Part shown: positions 9,420 to 19,154 of the stretch, in pieces
How positions within the stretch are numbered: the stretch's first letter is position 1
How the letters are laid out: each line of letters opens with the position of its first letter
DNA from: a virus
Reading direction: 5' to 3' (one strand)
DNA: 64,000 nucleotides
Virus record (IMG/VR): IMGVR_UViG_3300034073_003245
Location: 1 to 64,000 of that record
Program-made: the position numbers and the translations under genes
Notes under the pieces: generated by a model
Databases searched by the model: none
What the model saw: only the letters and a program-made list of their open reading frames with translations
What the model was told of the DNA's origin: nothing

Positions 9420-9803
9420 TTAGGCCTCCGTCGCTTCTTGTGACGTTAATTCTACCTCAATCCATGATTGGCTATTTTCATCCCAATACCATTGCCCTTC
9501 TTCCGGCATCGGAACCGGGGGATTCCATCTGCATGTTGTTTCGTCAAGAATCCATGAAGAAAAGTTTTGAGGTGGTATAAAGGCATCAAGAATGGGGTCA
9601 TAGGCATAGCCAATCCCTGCATAATTTTTTCTAAATGAGTTGTTGTAAGAAGTCTGTACCCATTTTCCTTTAATTATTGAATTACAGAACGCGATGCCAA
9701 CCTCCTCAGATTCATTGCCGTTCTCATCTAAGCAGTCAGAGTTGTCAACCCTTATTACATTGACGACAACATTATTTTCATCTAGGAAAGCAAAGTGGGC
9801 CAT
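9420..9803 (-). CDS. Conserved phage protein found next to Gly-rich fibres
   Basis: MAHFAFLDENN...WVQTSYN..FRKNYAGIGY.YD...DAFIPP pattern. Confidence 0.65.
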   Translation of the reverse strand: MAHFAFLDENNVVVNVIRVDNSDCLDENGNESEEVGIAFCNSIIKGKWVQTSYNNSFRKNYAGIGYAYDPILDAFIPPQNFSSWILDETTCRWNPPVPMPEEGQWYWDENSQSWIEVELTSQEATEA

Positions 9804-10636
9804 TATGGATAAACCCTATACCTTATATAGCAAATACCAGACCCACCAGACCCGCCGAGATCCCGACCCCCGCCACCACCGCCACCGTATTGTGCGGTGC
9901 CATTTTGGCCAATATATGTTGGGTCTGCTACGCCGTATCCGCGACCTCCACCATGGGTCGCTGTTGCTCCATAGTCTCCGCCCCCACCGCCGCCACCTCC
10001 ACCCCGAAAAAGAGAAGTAAAAATCCACCCAGACTGTGGAACTGCTGAACCACCTCCACCTGGTCCACAGTATGTTGGAAATCCTGCAGCGCTTCCAGCG
10101 GTGCCAGCAGACCCAATACCGCCCCCACCGCCGCCTGAATATAGGTAGCCCCACGCACCATCAAACCCCTGCTGGCCTGTTCCTCCTGGCTGATAGAAGC
10201 CACCCCCACCACCGCATCCACCGGAAAAACCAGCGTTTGCGTACGCTCCACCACGCCCTCCACCAATCGCTGTAATTGTGTTTACCCCTGGCCCTGAAAA
10301 TGTTGAGTTACCAGCACTAAATCCAGGAGCCGAGTGGCCGGGCCCACCTGCTCCACCAGCGGCTATGACTATTGAATATGACCCATCCCTAACGAACGCT
10401 TTAGTAATAATTCTTCCGCCGGCGCCACCGCCGCCTGCTCCGTTGTGGTCAGAACCTCCTCCTCCACCGGATCCAAGAAAGTCAATTTCTATTTCATCAA
10501 AACCTTGGCTTACGGAAAAAGTACCACTTGCTGTAAACATGTGCACCTTGTACCCACCGGAGGAAGTAACAGAAGAACCACCAGTAGCAACTATTTGTTG
10601 TCTTCTTGAAGAAGCCAACATTCCCTGCAGAATCAT
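9803..10636 (-). CDS. Glycine-rich virion/adhesin protein
   Basis: ATGG..Y.VH.FT.SG start, many Gly runs, GGSGICYIRY end. Confidence 0.7.
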   Translation of the reverse strand: MILQGMLASSRRQQIVATGGSSVTSSGGYKVHMFTASGTFSVSQGFDEIEIDFLGSGGGGGSDHNGAGGGGAGGRIITKAFVRDGSYSIVIAAGGAGGPGHSAPGFSAGNSTFSGPGVNTITAIGGGRGGAYANAGFSGGCGGGGGFYQPGGTGQQGFDGAWGYLYSGGGGGGIGSAGTAGSAAGFPTYCGPGGGGSAVPQSGWIFTSLFRGGGGGGGGGDYGATATHGGGRGYGVADPTYIGQNGTAQYGGGGGGGRDLGGSGGSGICYIRYRVYP

Positions 10637-11091
10637 GACGAAGATATATCTCCAACTACTACCCACTCATTTTGGGTAATCATAATTATTGTTGCTGACG
10701 AATATCGCGTTCTTAGGTAAATTGTTGCAGTTCCGGGGTTATTAATTGAGTCGCCAACCGCGGATCTTAGGGTTACATTGGTAAATCCTCTAATGTTTGT
10801 TCTTCCTGTTCCGTATTGCATGATGTGAAAGTTTCTTCCAGGAGAATAAGTAATATTCTGCTGTACATAAAAAGTGTTTGCAGAAGATCCCGTGGAGCGA
10901 ATCATTGCCCCCATATGGACAGACTGGGCATAAAAAGTAGTAGAACTATAAGAAAATAGCCCGCCTAGTGTCAGTATGTTGTTGACAGTGTTTGAAACAG
11001 TAGCAATACCCGCCGCGTTCAGCGATATGTCTTGTTCTATTTCAGGTATGCGTCTTGAGTTGTTATATGCTTCAGTATCCCTGAATGTCAT
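10633..11091 (-). CDS. Putative minor structural protein
   Basis: C-terminal LRTRYSSATI....NEWVVVGD domain, common in phage fibres. Confidence 0.55.
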   Translation of the reverse strand: MTFRDTEAYNNSRRIPEIEQDISLNAAGIATVSNTVNNILTLGGLFSYSSTTFYAQSVHMGAMIRSTGSSANTFYVQQNITYSPGRNFHIMQYGTGRTNIRGFTNVTLRSAVGDSINNPGTATIYLRTRYSSATIIMITQNEWVVVGDISSS

Positions 11092-11453
11092 TGGACTATC
11101 CTGTTTACATAGCCAAATCCATAGCATTCCGATCCAAGTATGCCATCTAGGGCGCGAAACTTAATAGTCGTAACGTTTTCGCCATCTCCAGAAAACGGTA
11201 TTCCTGGCAAAGCCAGCCATGTTGATGAGGGATAAACTTTTTCTTTCATGAAGTAAACGTCATTAACTATTACGTCTACTAAGTATTCGTTTAGTGATGG
11301 ATTTGTAATCCAGAACCAAACCTCATCTAAAATTGAACTGCTTGTTCCTGTCTCGTGGACTACTGGCTCAAGAAGATACGCAGGGAATGTGTCAATGATT
11401 GGTCCGTTTGAGTCTCCAGCGCCACTCAGTTTTACTTTTGTAAATGTTGACAT
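11088..11453 (-). CDS. Hypothetical structural protein
   Basis: MSTFTKVKLSG...LDEVWFW...GYVNRI; coupled ORF. Confidence 0.55.
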   Translation of the reverse strand: MSTFTKVKLSGAGDSNGPIIDTFPAYLLEPVVHETGTSSSILDEVWFWITNPSLNEYLVDVIVNDVYFMKEKVYPSSTWLALPGIPFSGDGENVTTIKFRALDGILGSECYGFGYVNRIVQ

Positions 11454-11701
11454 CAGTTAACCAACCAATAAACAAGACCCGAAAGCCATACAGGAATCTG
11501 TGGTACAAAGTTTAGCAAAATAGGCCCAGCCTTCTTCTTGATGCCAACATAAACCCACAAAGAGGCGCCGACTAGATGTATGGCAGGACCAATCGGATAC
11601 AGGTCAAATGCGTGACAAATAATTGCTATAAAAACAAGTGATGGGGCGGTCCATTCAATTAGTTTGAACACACAAGCAGATCCGCTTTGTTTTTTTTTCA
11701 T
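11453..11701 (-). CDS. Small 3-TM membrane protein
   Basis: Three hydrophobic segments. Confidence 0.55.
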   Translation of the reverse strand: MKKKQSGSACVFKLIEWTAPSLVFIAIICHAFDLYPIGPAIHLVGASLWVYVGIKKKAGPILLNFVPQIPVWLSGLVYWLVN

Positions 11702-11704
11702 GTG

Positions 11705-11710
11705 TAAAAT
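11705..11710 (+). promoter_or_regulatory. -10 element for a probably leaderless P450 mRNA
   Basis: TAAAAT 7 nt before the ATG at 11718; no SD. Confidence 0.5.
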
Positions 11711-11717
11711 CTAACAT

Positions 11718-12929
11718 ATGAACGAAAATTTGCCCTTGCAAAATATCCCGTCAATTCCGTCAAGGGCTGAATTAAAAGAAAATACGATATCACGCAAGTC
11801 TCTTGTCAAAATATCAGTAGACGCTAGTGCGGATTCCTGGATAGCGAAAAGTATGTTTGGCTATTCAATACTTAGAAATGAAGACTGCAAAAATATTCTA
11901 TCTGATTCAAGGTGGCTTTCTGCAGTTGGGTTACTTGCTGACCTAAATCCATACACAACGCAAGAGTTTAAGACAAGAAGAAAAACAGGGATGTTGGCAG
12001 TAGACGGCGAGCCACACAAAAAACTTAAAAAAATAGCAAATGCGGCATTCTCAAAAGATGCCGTAATGAAAATGGATTCAGAAATTAATCGCACTTTTTC
12101 GGAACTTATTAATTCATTTAGCCCAGGAGATGAATTTGACATATCGCAAAAAATCTTCAAAAAATTTCCAATACTTGTCATATGTGACATGATTGGACTT
12201 CCAAGAGATAGGGCTGACGACTATTCGCGATGGGGTGAAAACCTGCTGAAAAATTGGGAAAACAACTATCGGAAGTCAACTGAAGAAATATTGACATCAC
12301 AAAAAGAAATGGATGAGTACATTCTCTCGCTTATTGAAGAGCGCCGAAATAATCCAAAAGATGATTTGATATCCAGGCTTGTGCATCCAGTTGACAAAAG
12401 TCAAAATATGAGCGATGAAGAGATAATCACATTTATTGAGACAATAACAACGGCAGGAATTGACACCGTTTTTCATCAACTCGGCTCAGTTTTCCTTCTT
12501 ATTGTAAACAAACAACAAATATGGAATGAATACAGAGACAACCCTCAAAGCAGGTCATGGATAATTGATGAGGTTATAAGAATCACAAACGCCGTTCACG
12601 AAACGGGCAGAATTGCCTCACAGGACATCAACTATAGAAACACGATGTTCCCCAAAGGAACGATAGTTTTTTTAAATATCACATCCGCAAACAGGGATGC
12701 TTTTGAGTTTGAAAACCCTGAAGATATTCAGGATGGAAGAAAGCCAAACATTGCATTTGGATGGGGCGCTCATAGGTGCTCCGGTCTTTTTATGGCAAAA
12801 GCGGAGATAACAGCCGCAATGAACTACATAGTAGAAAATTTGCCCAACATAAAAGTTATTGACACGCCTCAATACACCAAGTCAAATGCAGCGGTATACG
12901 GCCCGTCTTCAATAATGGTCAGAATTTAG
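11718..12929 (+). CDS. Cytochrome P450
   Basis: I-helix AGIDT, K-helix EVIR (ExxR), ANRD, heme loop FGWGAHRCSG; 403 aa. Confidence 0.93.
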   Translation: MNENLPLQNIPSIPSRAELKENTISRKSLVKISVDASADSWIAKSMFGYSILRNEDCKNILSDSRWLSAVGLLADLNPYTTQEFKTRRKTGMLAVDGEPHKKLKKIANAAFSKDAVMKMDSEINRTFSELINSFSPGDEFDISQKIFKKFPILVICDMIGLPRDRADDYSRWGENLLKNWENNYRKSTEEILTSQKEMDEYILSLIEERRNNPKDDLISRLVHPVDKSQNMSDEEIITFIETITTAGIDTVFHQLGSVFLLIVNKQQIWNEYRDNPQSRSWIIDEVIRITNAVHETGRIASQDINYRNTMFPKGTIVFLNITSANRDAFEFENPEDIQDGRKPNIAFGWGAHRCSGLFMAKAEITAAMNYIVENLPNIKVIDTPQYTKSNAAVYGPSSIMVRI

Positions 12930-13591
12930 AGTTCACTGATAATCTGTTCAAAAGTTTTTCCGCTGTAGTCAACCGTCAGCGAGATAACCCAGTCATTAAA
13001 TGAAGACGATGCCGGTGGATAAGGGTGCGGAATCTTCTTATAGTCTGGGTCGCCTTTTAGAAACCTAACTAAGTGCATATCCGGCATTGAGTCAATTTCG
13101 TCAATGATTGATTGAGGAGGACTTAGCCTTTCAAAAATCATCTTTGAATAGATGGCCATTGGGTGTTCTGAGTTGAATTCCCCACCAACAAGTTGTGACC
13201 ATTCCCTCATTGTTTTAAAAAGTTGAATCATTGATTTTGCGGCCCACATGGTTGATGGAGTTGGGTCGGACTGAATGTCAAACCATGACTCCATCTCTAA
13301 ATATGTAATATAGAATTCAGGCTCACAATTGATGACATGCTCGTATTTTGTAACATTATTGACTTCCACAACGAAGTCAGAAACTTCAGACCGCTTCACA
13401 AACCCATGTCCGTGACTCTGGTACTCAGTGCCTTCCGTTACCAGAACACCCGTGTATGAGAGATTGTCGCATCTTTCCATGTTTTGGAGAGAGTCAGGTT
13501 TTTCCTCTGTAAGGAAAACGCATTTTTCAATGAAGAAAATCCCTCTGTCATGGGGGTTGGAATCTCTTAGAAGTGTGTCAATATCAAGCAT
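12926..13591 (-). CDS. Hypothetical protein
   Basis: Intact ORF coupled to the upstream gene; no recognised motif. Confidence 0.55.
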   Translation of the reverse strand: MLDIDTLLRDSNPHDRGIFFIEKCVFLTEEKPDSLQNMERCDNLSYTGVLVTEGTEYQSHGHGFVKRSEVSDFVVEVNNVTKYEHVINCEPEFYITYLEMESWFDIQSDPTPSTMWAAKSMIQLFKTMREWSQLVGGEFNSEHPMAIYSKMIFERLSPPQSIIDEIDSMPDMHLVRFLKGDPDYKKIPHPYPPASSSFNDWVISLTVDYSGKTFEQIISEL

Positions 13592-13856
13592 TTTCAAGTT
13601 CCTCAATCTTGTTGATAACTACTTTTAGTTTATCAACATTGCGAGCGACGCTCATTTTTGCTAGATGCTCGTGCCTTGGTATGTTTTCAAAAGTTGCGGT
13701 TGCTTCATTGACTTGTTGTTCGTTTGTGTAATCAAAAGAATCCGGGTCAACACCTACAACAAGAAGATTCATATAAAGGTCCTTAATAAGAAGTTCCTTT
13801 ATTTTATTAAGCGCCTCGGCCCTGTCCTGTATAGTCAGAAAATTTGAAATATTCAT
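13584..13856 (-). CDS. Small helical protein, paralog of 17153..17386
   Basis: Shares L..VG.DPDSFD with 17153..17386. Confidence 0.6.
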   Translation of the reverse strand: MNISNFLTIQDRAEALNKIKELLIKDLYMNLLVVGVDPDSFDYTNEQQVNEATATFENIPRHEHLAKMSVARNVDKLKVVINKIEELENA

Positions 13857-13864
13857 ACTTGCTC

Positions 13865-14656
13865 CTATTTTTTCAGTCTCAGTCTCTCAAGAATAGAATA
13901 CTTCCCTCTTTCGGTAAGGGCATTGTCTACCCTCACGCGTTCCCTCCTGTATGGAGCAGCAGTGCCCTCAAGAGGGGTTATGTGACCCATGCCAAAACCA
14001 GTGCTGGCCACAAATCTGTAATAAGACTCGTCATTGAATAAGATTTCTTTTGTATTTGACGAACGCTGAAATGGAATCACCATCATCAAGGGTGTTCCCC
14101 ATTTGATAGAAAAAGGAGAGTCTGTCTTAATATTTAAGACAATATTTGCTGTGTGGTAAAAGTCCGTATGAACAACGGCTGGGAGAACGTCGTAATTATT
14201 GTTTGGCTCCCATAGAACCGGCAGAAAAAGCGACGACCACCCAGGCGCTGTCTCAAATCTCCATGGATTAACAATCTTGGGATACTGGGCTTCTCTTGTT
14301 TTGCCGTTTCTGACATCGTTAATAGGACATCCCACGGCAGCCTCGTAATCAAACCCTTCTATTTTGGAAACATCTGTGCCGCCTGAAGCAAACGCAAAGT
14401 TTGCGCCCCTTGTTTCCCATCTTCCTTCATTACTCGGCCTAAAATCAAAATTTGTCCAACAGGGGATGGTGACCCCTATGTTATAGAAGTCATTTATTCC
14501 AGCGCACCTTCTTAGGGAGCCTGGATTTTTATGCAGTCTTTTAAACCAAGACGGATAGGTTTCAACAGAATTAATGAATGGGGGCATCTCCATCAGTCTG
14601 TTGTCAAGCGGGGTAATTCGTATTTGACCAGGCTTTACTTTGGGATTCTTCTTCAT
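13865..14656 (-). CDS. Hypothetical beta-fold protein of the type clustered with phage oxygenases (DUF6065-like)
   Basis: RRCAGI.D, K.VNPW.F.T.PGWS.LF, VVHTD and IK.GTPL..VIPF.R pattern. Confidence 0.55.
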   Translation of the reverse strand: MKKNPKVKPGQIRITPLDNRLMEMPPFINSVETYPSWFKRLHKNPGSLRRCAGINDFYNIGVTIPCWTNFDFRPSNEGRWETRGANFAFASGGTDVSKIEGFDYEAAVGCPINDVRNGKTREAQYPKIVNPWRFETAPGWSSLFLPVLWEPNNNYDVLPAVVHTDFYHTANIVLNIKTDSPFSIKWGTPLMMVIPFQRSSNTKEILFNDESYYRFVASTGFGMGHITPLEGTAAPYRRERVRVDNALTERGKYSILERLRLKK

Positions 14657-16152
14657 GACCATTCATCCTCAATTGCGCTGAGTTGCCTCAATGCAACAGC
14701 ATGGTCAATGAGTTCATGGTTATGACGAGACTCCCTCATCTGTGCGGCAACATTTTCAACCTGCGTCCTAATGTGCAATCTGTCAATTGTCCTAGTAGAT
14801 GGCCCAGCGCTAAATACGCCCTGTCCTTGAGCGACATGAGCCATATGGGGAGTGTGGAAAAGTTCCATATGCAAATGAGGAACGTCGGTCCTGTTTGGGG
14901 GTCTCTCTGACCAGATATCAATAAGTTCCTGCAACTCTTCGTTAAGGGGCTTTTCCTTCATCGCCGCCCAGAACGCCGTGTCAGACCTATCGCTGTAGTA
15001 ATGCAGGCGAATCATTGTGAGTATGTTTCTCATAATCTCGCCATACGACTTATTGAAGTGTTTTTGTGACTTTGTGTACGAATGGTCATATGCCGCAAGA
15101 TAGGGAATCATCATTTTAATTTGTTGGATTGAAGAGCCGATGCTTGTTGCTTCTAACGGCTCAACAAAAGAGCCAGCAAGACCAATCGCAACACAGTTTT
15201 TTACCCATACCGAATCAAGGTATCCAGCGTCAAACTTGAAGTGTCTGTAGTTGTCTATCTTGTAGCCAGATATTTTTTCTGCTTCTTTAACAGCCTCATC
15301 TTCTGAACAAAAAGCGGAAGAAAATACATATCCGTTACCACGACGTTGCTGTGTTGGTATTTCCCAAACCCAGCCGCTATCGCCTGCTATCGCCCTTGTA
15401 TAGGGGCGAATTTGACCCGATGGGTCGGACTCTGTTGGAAACGCAATTGCTGAGTCTGTTAAAAGATACTCGCTAAAAGAATTCCACTTCTGATTTCCGA
15501 GTTTTTCCATCAAGACTCTTCTGAACCCAGAAGCATCAAACCAGAAATCGGCCTCAACTGAATCTGCCATATCCGTCTTAACAGATACAATGTTCCCGCT
15601 TTCCGCGTCAAGAACTATGTCATTGACTATTCCATCAACAAACTTAATTGACCTCTTAAAACAAAGCGACACAAAGTATTCATTCAGTTTATTCGTATCA
15701 AAATGAAACTGGTTTGTGGACCTATGGAGTCCATGAACACGTATTTGATTTCTGACAAGGCCTACGGAAGTTGTCTGGTCGGTAAATAATTTTTCGTTCT
15801 CAATGAAATATGCGTAGGAGGCAAACGCGCCCCAGGCAAATATTTCATCAACTTCACTAACGCTGTGGAAATACTTTGGCGTATGAGTAGTCCAGTTTTC
15901 AAATCGGATTCCATACTTGTGGGTTGCGTCGGTTGAGACAATCATCTCCTCAAGGTCTATGTCGCAGTGCTTCATAAACTCAGACCAATGCTCAGTGCTT
16001 CCCTCACCAACACCAATAATGCCTATTTGAGATGAAGAAATAATAGTTACGGGCGCACTTGGAAATGCTTTTCTCAGCATTAGTGCGGTTATTAGTCCTG
16101 CTGTGCCTGAACCAACTATGCCAAATGAAAGAGGTTTTGTTTTTTCCATCAT
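14653..16152 (-). CDS. Flavin-dependent (tryptophan halogenase family) halogenase
   Basis: GSGTAG FAD motif, GVGEGS, ATHKYGI (catalytic Lys), WVWEIP (WxWxIP), FVEPLEATSI. Confidence 0.93.
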   Translation of the reverse strand: MMEKTKPLSFGIVGSGTAGLITALMLRKAFPSAPVTIISSSQIGIIGVGEGSTEHWSEFMKHCDIDLEEMIVSTDATHKYGIRFENWTTHTPKYFHSVSEVDEIFAWGAFASYAYFIENEKLFTDQTTSVGLVRNQIRVHGLHRSTNQFHFDTNKLNEYFVSLCFKRSIKFVDGIVNDIVLDAESGNIVSVKTDMADSVEADFWFDASGFRRVLMEKLGNQKWNSFSEYLLTDSAIAFPTESDPSGQIRPYTRAIAGDSGWVWEIPTQQRRGNGYVFSSAFCSEDEAVKEAEKISGYKIDNYRHFKFDAGYLDSVWVKNCVAIGLAGSFVEPLEATSIGSSIQQIKMMIPYLAAYDHSYTKSQKHFNKSYGEIMRNILTMIRLHYYSDRSDTAFWAAMKEKPLNEELQELIDIWSERPPNRTDVPHLHMELFHTPHMAHVAQGQGVFSAGPSTRTIDRLHIRTQVENVAAQMRESRHNHELIDHAVALRQLSAIEDEWS

Positions 16153-16730
16153 TGGAACCACGTTACCATTGAATACTTAGTTCCTTTTTGGACGGGATGA
16201 GCGATGTGTGTGTATGGAAAGTTGCTTGGAAAAAGAATCACTGAGCCAGGGTCAAGTTTTGTTGAAAAAGTAAAATTGACAAATTCAAGTTCTCCGCCAA
16301 CTTCTGCTGTCCCGAGGCTTGCTACAAGACTAAAAACTCTTTTATTTTCTGGATGGTGGTCATGGTGCGCTTTGTATTCGGCCATTCCTGTGTATTTAAG
16401 GATTGAGATAAGTTCATGGCTTCCGCCGCTAAGAGAATGGTCTTCAACATAGTCATTGACGACCTCAATGCAGGGGGCGTATATCTCAGACCTAAAGATT
16501 TGAGAAAGTTCAGTCATTCCATATGGGGGCAAAAGACTTGTTGCCATGCAACTCATTGAGGTTCTGTGCTTATTGAGATGTCCAGAACCTCCACCAACTC
16601 TTGAATATTCCCAGAAAAGTTCTGTTTCTTCATCATTTTCTATTGATTGTTCAAGTTTTTGAATGAAATCTTTAGGGTCAAAAACATCTTTGTAAATACT
16701 GATGCACGTTGCTGGATTTTCAAAAATCAT
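16149..16730 (-). CDS. 2OG-Fe(II) oxygenase (prolyl-hydroxylase-like)
   Basis: HHD...GGEL.F...LFPSNFPYTH...V..GTKYS.VTW. Confidence 0.88.
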   Translation of the reverse strand: MIFENPATCISIYKDVFDPKDFIQKLEQSIENDEETELFWEYSRVGGGSGHLNKHRTSMSCMATSLLPPYGMTELSQIFRSEIYAPCIEVVNDYVEDHSLSGGSHELISILKYTGMAEYKAHHDHHPENKRVFSLVASLGTAEVGGELEFVNFTFSTKLDPGSVILFPSNFPYTHIAHPVQKGTKYSMVTWFQ

Positions 16731-17146
16731 AAGACACCAAAAGTTCCTTCTGCAATAACAGCGTCCCCCTCTGACAGTATTTTAAAACTGTATTGACCTT
16801 CTGTATTCATTCTCACCCTAAACTTTGCAGAATGACTTTCTCTGACTCTAGGAGCAAAGACGCTTTCATTCCCGTGCTCATCCGTAATCTTAATAAATAC
16901 AGACGAAGGAAAAGTAATAAACTCATTTGTGTAGTCAATAGGATTTAAGAATCCCTTTTTAACTTCGCGTTTATACGACAGAATATCTGTTTCCGGTATT
17001 TGAATAACCGTAATTTCAGTAATATCCGTCTCTTCTTGTTTCCCGATTTGGATTCCAAGTTGCAAATCTTTTGACAAAGATACTGCTATCTCTGGTATTT
17101 TGCCTTCTTCAAGTTTTGCAAATGGGACGTAAATTTGCCTTTTCAT
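16727..17146 (-). CDS. Hypothetical beta-rich protein
   Basis: Coupled ORF; no recognised motif. Confidence 0.5.
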   Translation of the reverse strand: MKRQIYVPFAKLEEGKIPEIAVSLSKDLQLGIQIGKQEETDITEITVIQIPETDILSYKREVKKGFLNPIDYTNEFITFPSSVFIKITDEHGNESVFAPRVRESHSAKFRVRMNTEGQYSFKILSEGDAVIAEGTFGVL

Positions 17147-17152
17147 GCCCCA

Positions 17153-17386
17153 TCACGATAGAGAAGTAATTTTTTCCTTTACGAGATTGATGGAACTTAT
17201 CAGTTGCTTCAATCTCATCACTTCACCCTCTGTTGCGGGTGCCCTTAGTGATTCAATCTCTGACTCATCAAAGGAATCTGGGTCAGCACCGACACGAATA
17301 AGTGTGTTGTAAATCTCAAGCGCAAGTGTTTTTTCTGCTGCTTGTAGGGACTGCAGTTTTTGTTCGTTTGTGAGATTGAGTTCCAT
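17153..17386 (-). CDS. Small helical protein, paralog of 13584..13856
   Basis: LIRVGADPDSFDE. Confidence 0.6.
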   Translation of the reverse strand: MELNLTNEQKLQSLQAAEKTLALEIYNTLIRVGADPDSFDESEIESLRAPATEGEVMRLKQLISSINLVKEKITSLS

Positions 17387-17393
17387 TTTTTTC

Positions 17394-19148
17394 CTATTCG
17401 TTTATGAGTATATATGCCGAACCATTTTCAGCAGAAAAGTTGTCGCTGGAATCCAGTAATCCTGCTCTTGTGTCGTATGTTATCGTACCGGCGACACTAT
17501 CACATACTAGCAAAATAGAACCTCCTCCGCCAGCGCCTCCCCTTTTCCCCGGCTGTCCGTCAGTGCCTGCGCTTCCAGTTACTGCTGGAGCGGCAGCCCC
17601 CCCAGCCCCTCCAGCCCCTCCAGCCCAATGGCCATCGGGCTGGGCGGTAAAGGTTTGTGGGTTGGCGTGGTGTGACCATCTGTTGGCATTGAGATATCCG
17701 TTGCTATAAGTATGGGGACCATGGTGGTGCCCACCGCCCACCTGCATACCGCCTCCCTGGTTTGTCCCGTTTCCTAGGTCGTTTCCGTTTGCATGACCGT
17801 GTGTGTGCGCCGGATGGGCGTGTCCAGCGTGAATGTGCCCATCGTGGCCACCGGCATGCACATGCTCAATTCTTCCATGGAATGTGCCGTTTGTTGCCGG
17901 ATGACTGTGCTGTCCGGCATGGTTCCGTTTTGCGTGAGAATGGATAACTGAAGGCCAGTTGTGGGTGTGTGTAATGCCGCCGTGTCCGTCGTTTGAGTGT
18001 GGATGGTGTCTTGCGCCGTAGTGGTGATAGTGACCGGAGTTGAAGTAATGGCCGCCGTGGTAACTAGCCGCGATGTGGTAGGCAGCATTTTTATAGTCGC
18101 CAGGAGAATGAAAAGCAGGCTGATGGGTTCCACAGCAGTGTGGATGCGGATTTACTGTGTGAGCATGAAAATCCGAGAAAATTGCATAGCCGTGGTGATG
18201 ACTGGGATTGTGTGTGTAAGTAAGTGGATTCGCTACAGGGGGAACGTGATAGGCCAAATTTGGCGCTGGGGTTCCAGAAGACCCAGCAGTACCAGGATTG
18301 CCAGTTTGTCCTGGAGAGCCAGGTAGACCAAGTGAGCCATCGGAACCCGACATCCCTAGTGAAATAAATTTTCCACTTCCGACTATGTGCTTTGCCACTA
18401 CGCAAACAACTCCACCGCCATAGCCTGGAGAACCGCCTGCTCCACCTAGACCGCCAGCACCTCCGAGACCAGGCGTCGCCCCTGTTGCACTTCCTGCACT
18501 TCCTGCACTTCCTGCGCCGCCGGGAACCCCAATTGTCAGCCTGTAGGGGTTAACTACGCTGTTCACGCTTCCTGTCGCTGCTCCCGCAGCGCCGGGGGAA
18601 CCTTCTTTCCCGGGCCAAGTATCCAAATCTGTTAATGCTGGAGTTGTTTCTCCAGACTGCCCATCTGCGCCCTGACTTCCGCCTGTCCCACTAGAGCCGC
18701 CACTAATTGGGGTTATCCCGGATGAGACATCAAAAAATACACCACCCGACATTGCATTAATGTCTTTGTACAAATAAGAAGGTAGTGCCGTTGCTCCAGG
18801 GCTGGTGTAACCACCGCCCTGGCCGCCGGTCCTGTATGTGATGACGCCAGAAGAATTGCCACTTACTGTGCCGTCTGGAACTGGACTGTCTGGCTCGTAA
18901 ACAGTGTTTTCACTAATGCTTCCTATCCCTATAAACCCATTGAGTGTAAGGGTTTCTTTTACAAAAACCCTGTATCCATTTGTTGACAAAAATGCGCCAC
19001 TCTGTACATCTAGGGTGTTGTAGTACATATCAGATGTTAGTGATACTGTTGAACCAGATGGTATTACTACGTCTGAATCTAGCCCGCTACCATAGATTTG
19101 GTCATTTCCAGACCTCTGAAGATATTCTGGCCTATTTAATCTTTCCAT
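17394..19148 (-). CDS. Gly-rich fibre/adhesin-like protein with a ~210-aa His-rich insert
   Basis: N-terminus paralogous to 19155..19874 (IYG.G.D, DMY, GYR.FVK); GxxGxxG segments flank about 46 His. Confidence 0.7.
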   Translation of the reverse strand: MERLNRPEYLQRSGNDQIYGSGLDSDVVIPSGSTVSLTSDMYYNTLDVQSGAFLSTNGYRVFVKETLTLNGFIGIGSISENTVYEPDSPVPDGTVSGNSSGVITYRTGGQGGGYTSPGATALPSYLYKDINAMSGGVFFDVSSGITPISGGSSGTGGSQGADGQSGETTPALTDLDTWPGKEGSPGAAGAATGSVNSVVNPYRLTIGVPGGAGSAGSAGSATGATPGLGGAGGLGGAGGSPGYGGGVVCVVAKHIVGSGKFISLGMSGSDGSLGLPGSPGQTGNPGTAGSSGTPAPNLAYHVPPVANPLTYTHNPSHHHGYAIFSDFHAHTVNPHPHCCGTHQPAFHSPGDYKNAAYHIAASYHGGHYFNSGHYHHYGARHHPHSNDGHGGITHTHNWPSVIHSHAKRNHAGQHSHPATNGTFHGRIEHVHAGGHDGHIHAGHAHPAHTHGHANGNDLGNGTNQGGGMQVGGGHHHGPHTYSNGYLNANRWSHHANPQTFTAQPDGHWAGGAGGAGGAAAPAVTGSAGTDGQPGKRGGAGGGGSILLVCDSVAGTITYDTRAGLLDSSDNFSAENGSAYILINE

Positions 19149-19154
19149 GATTCA

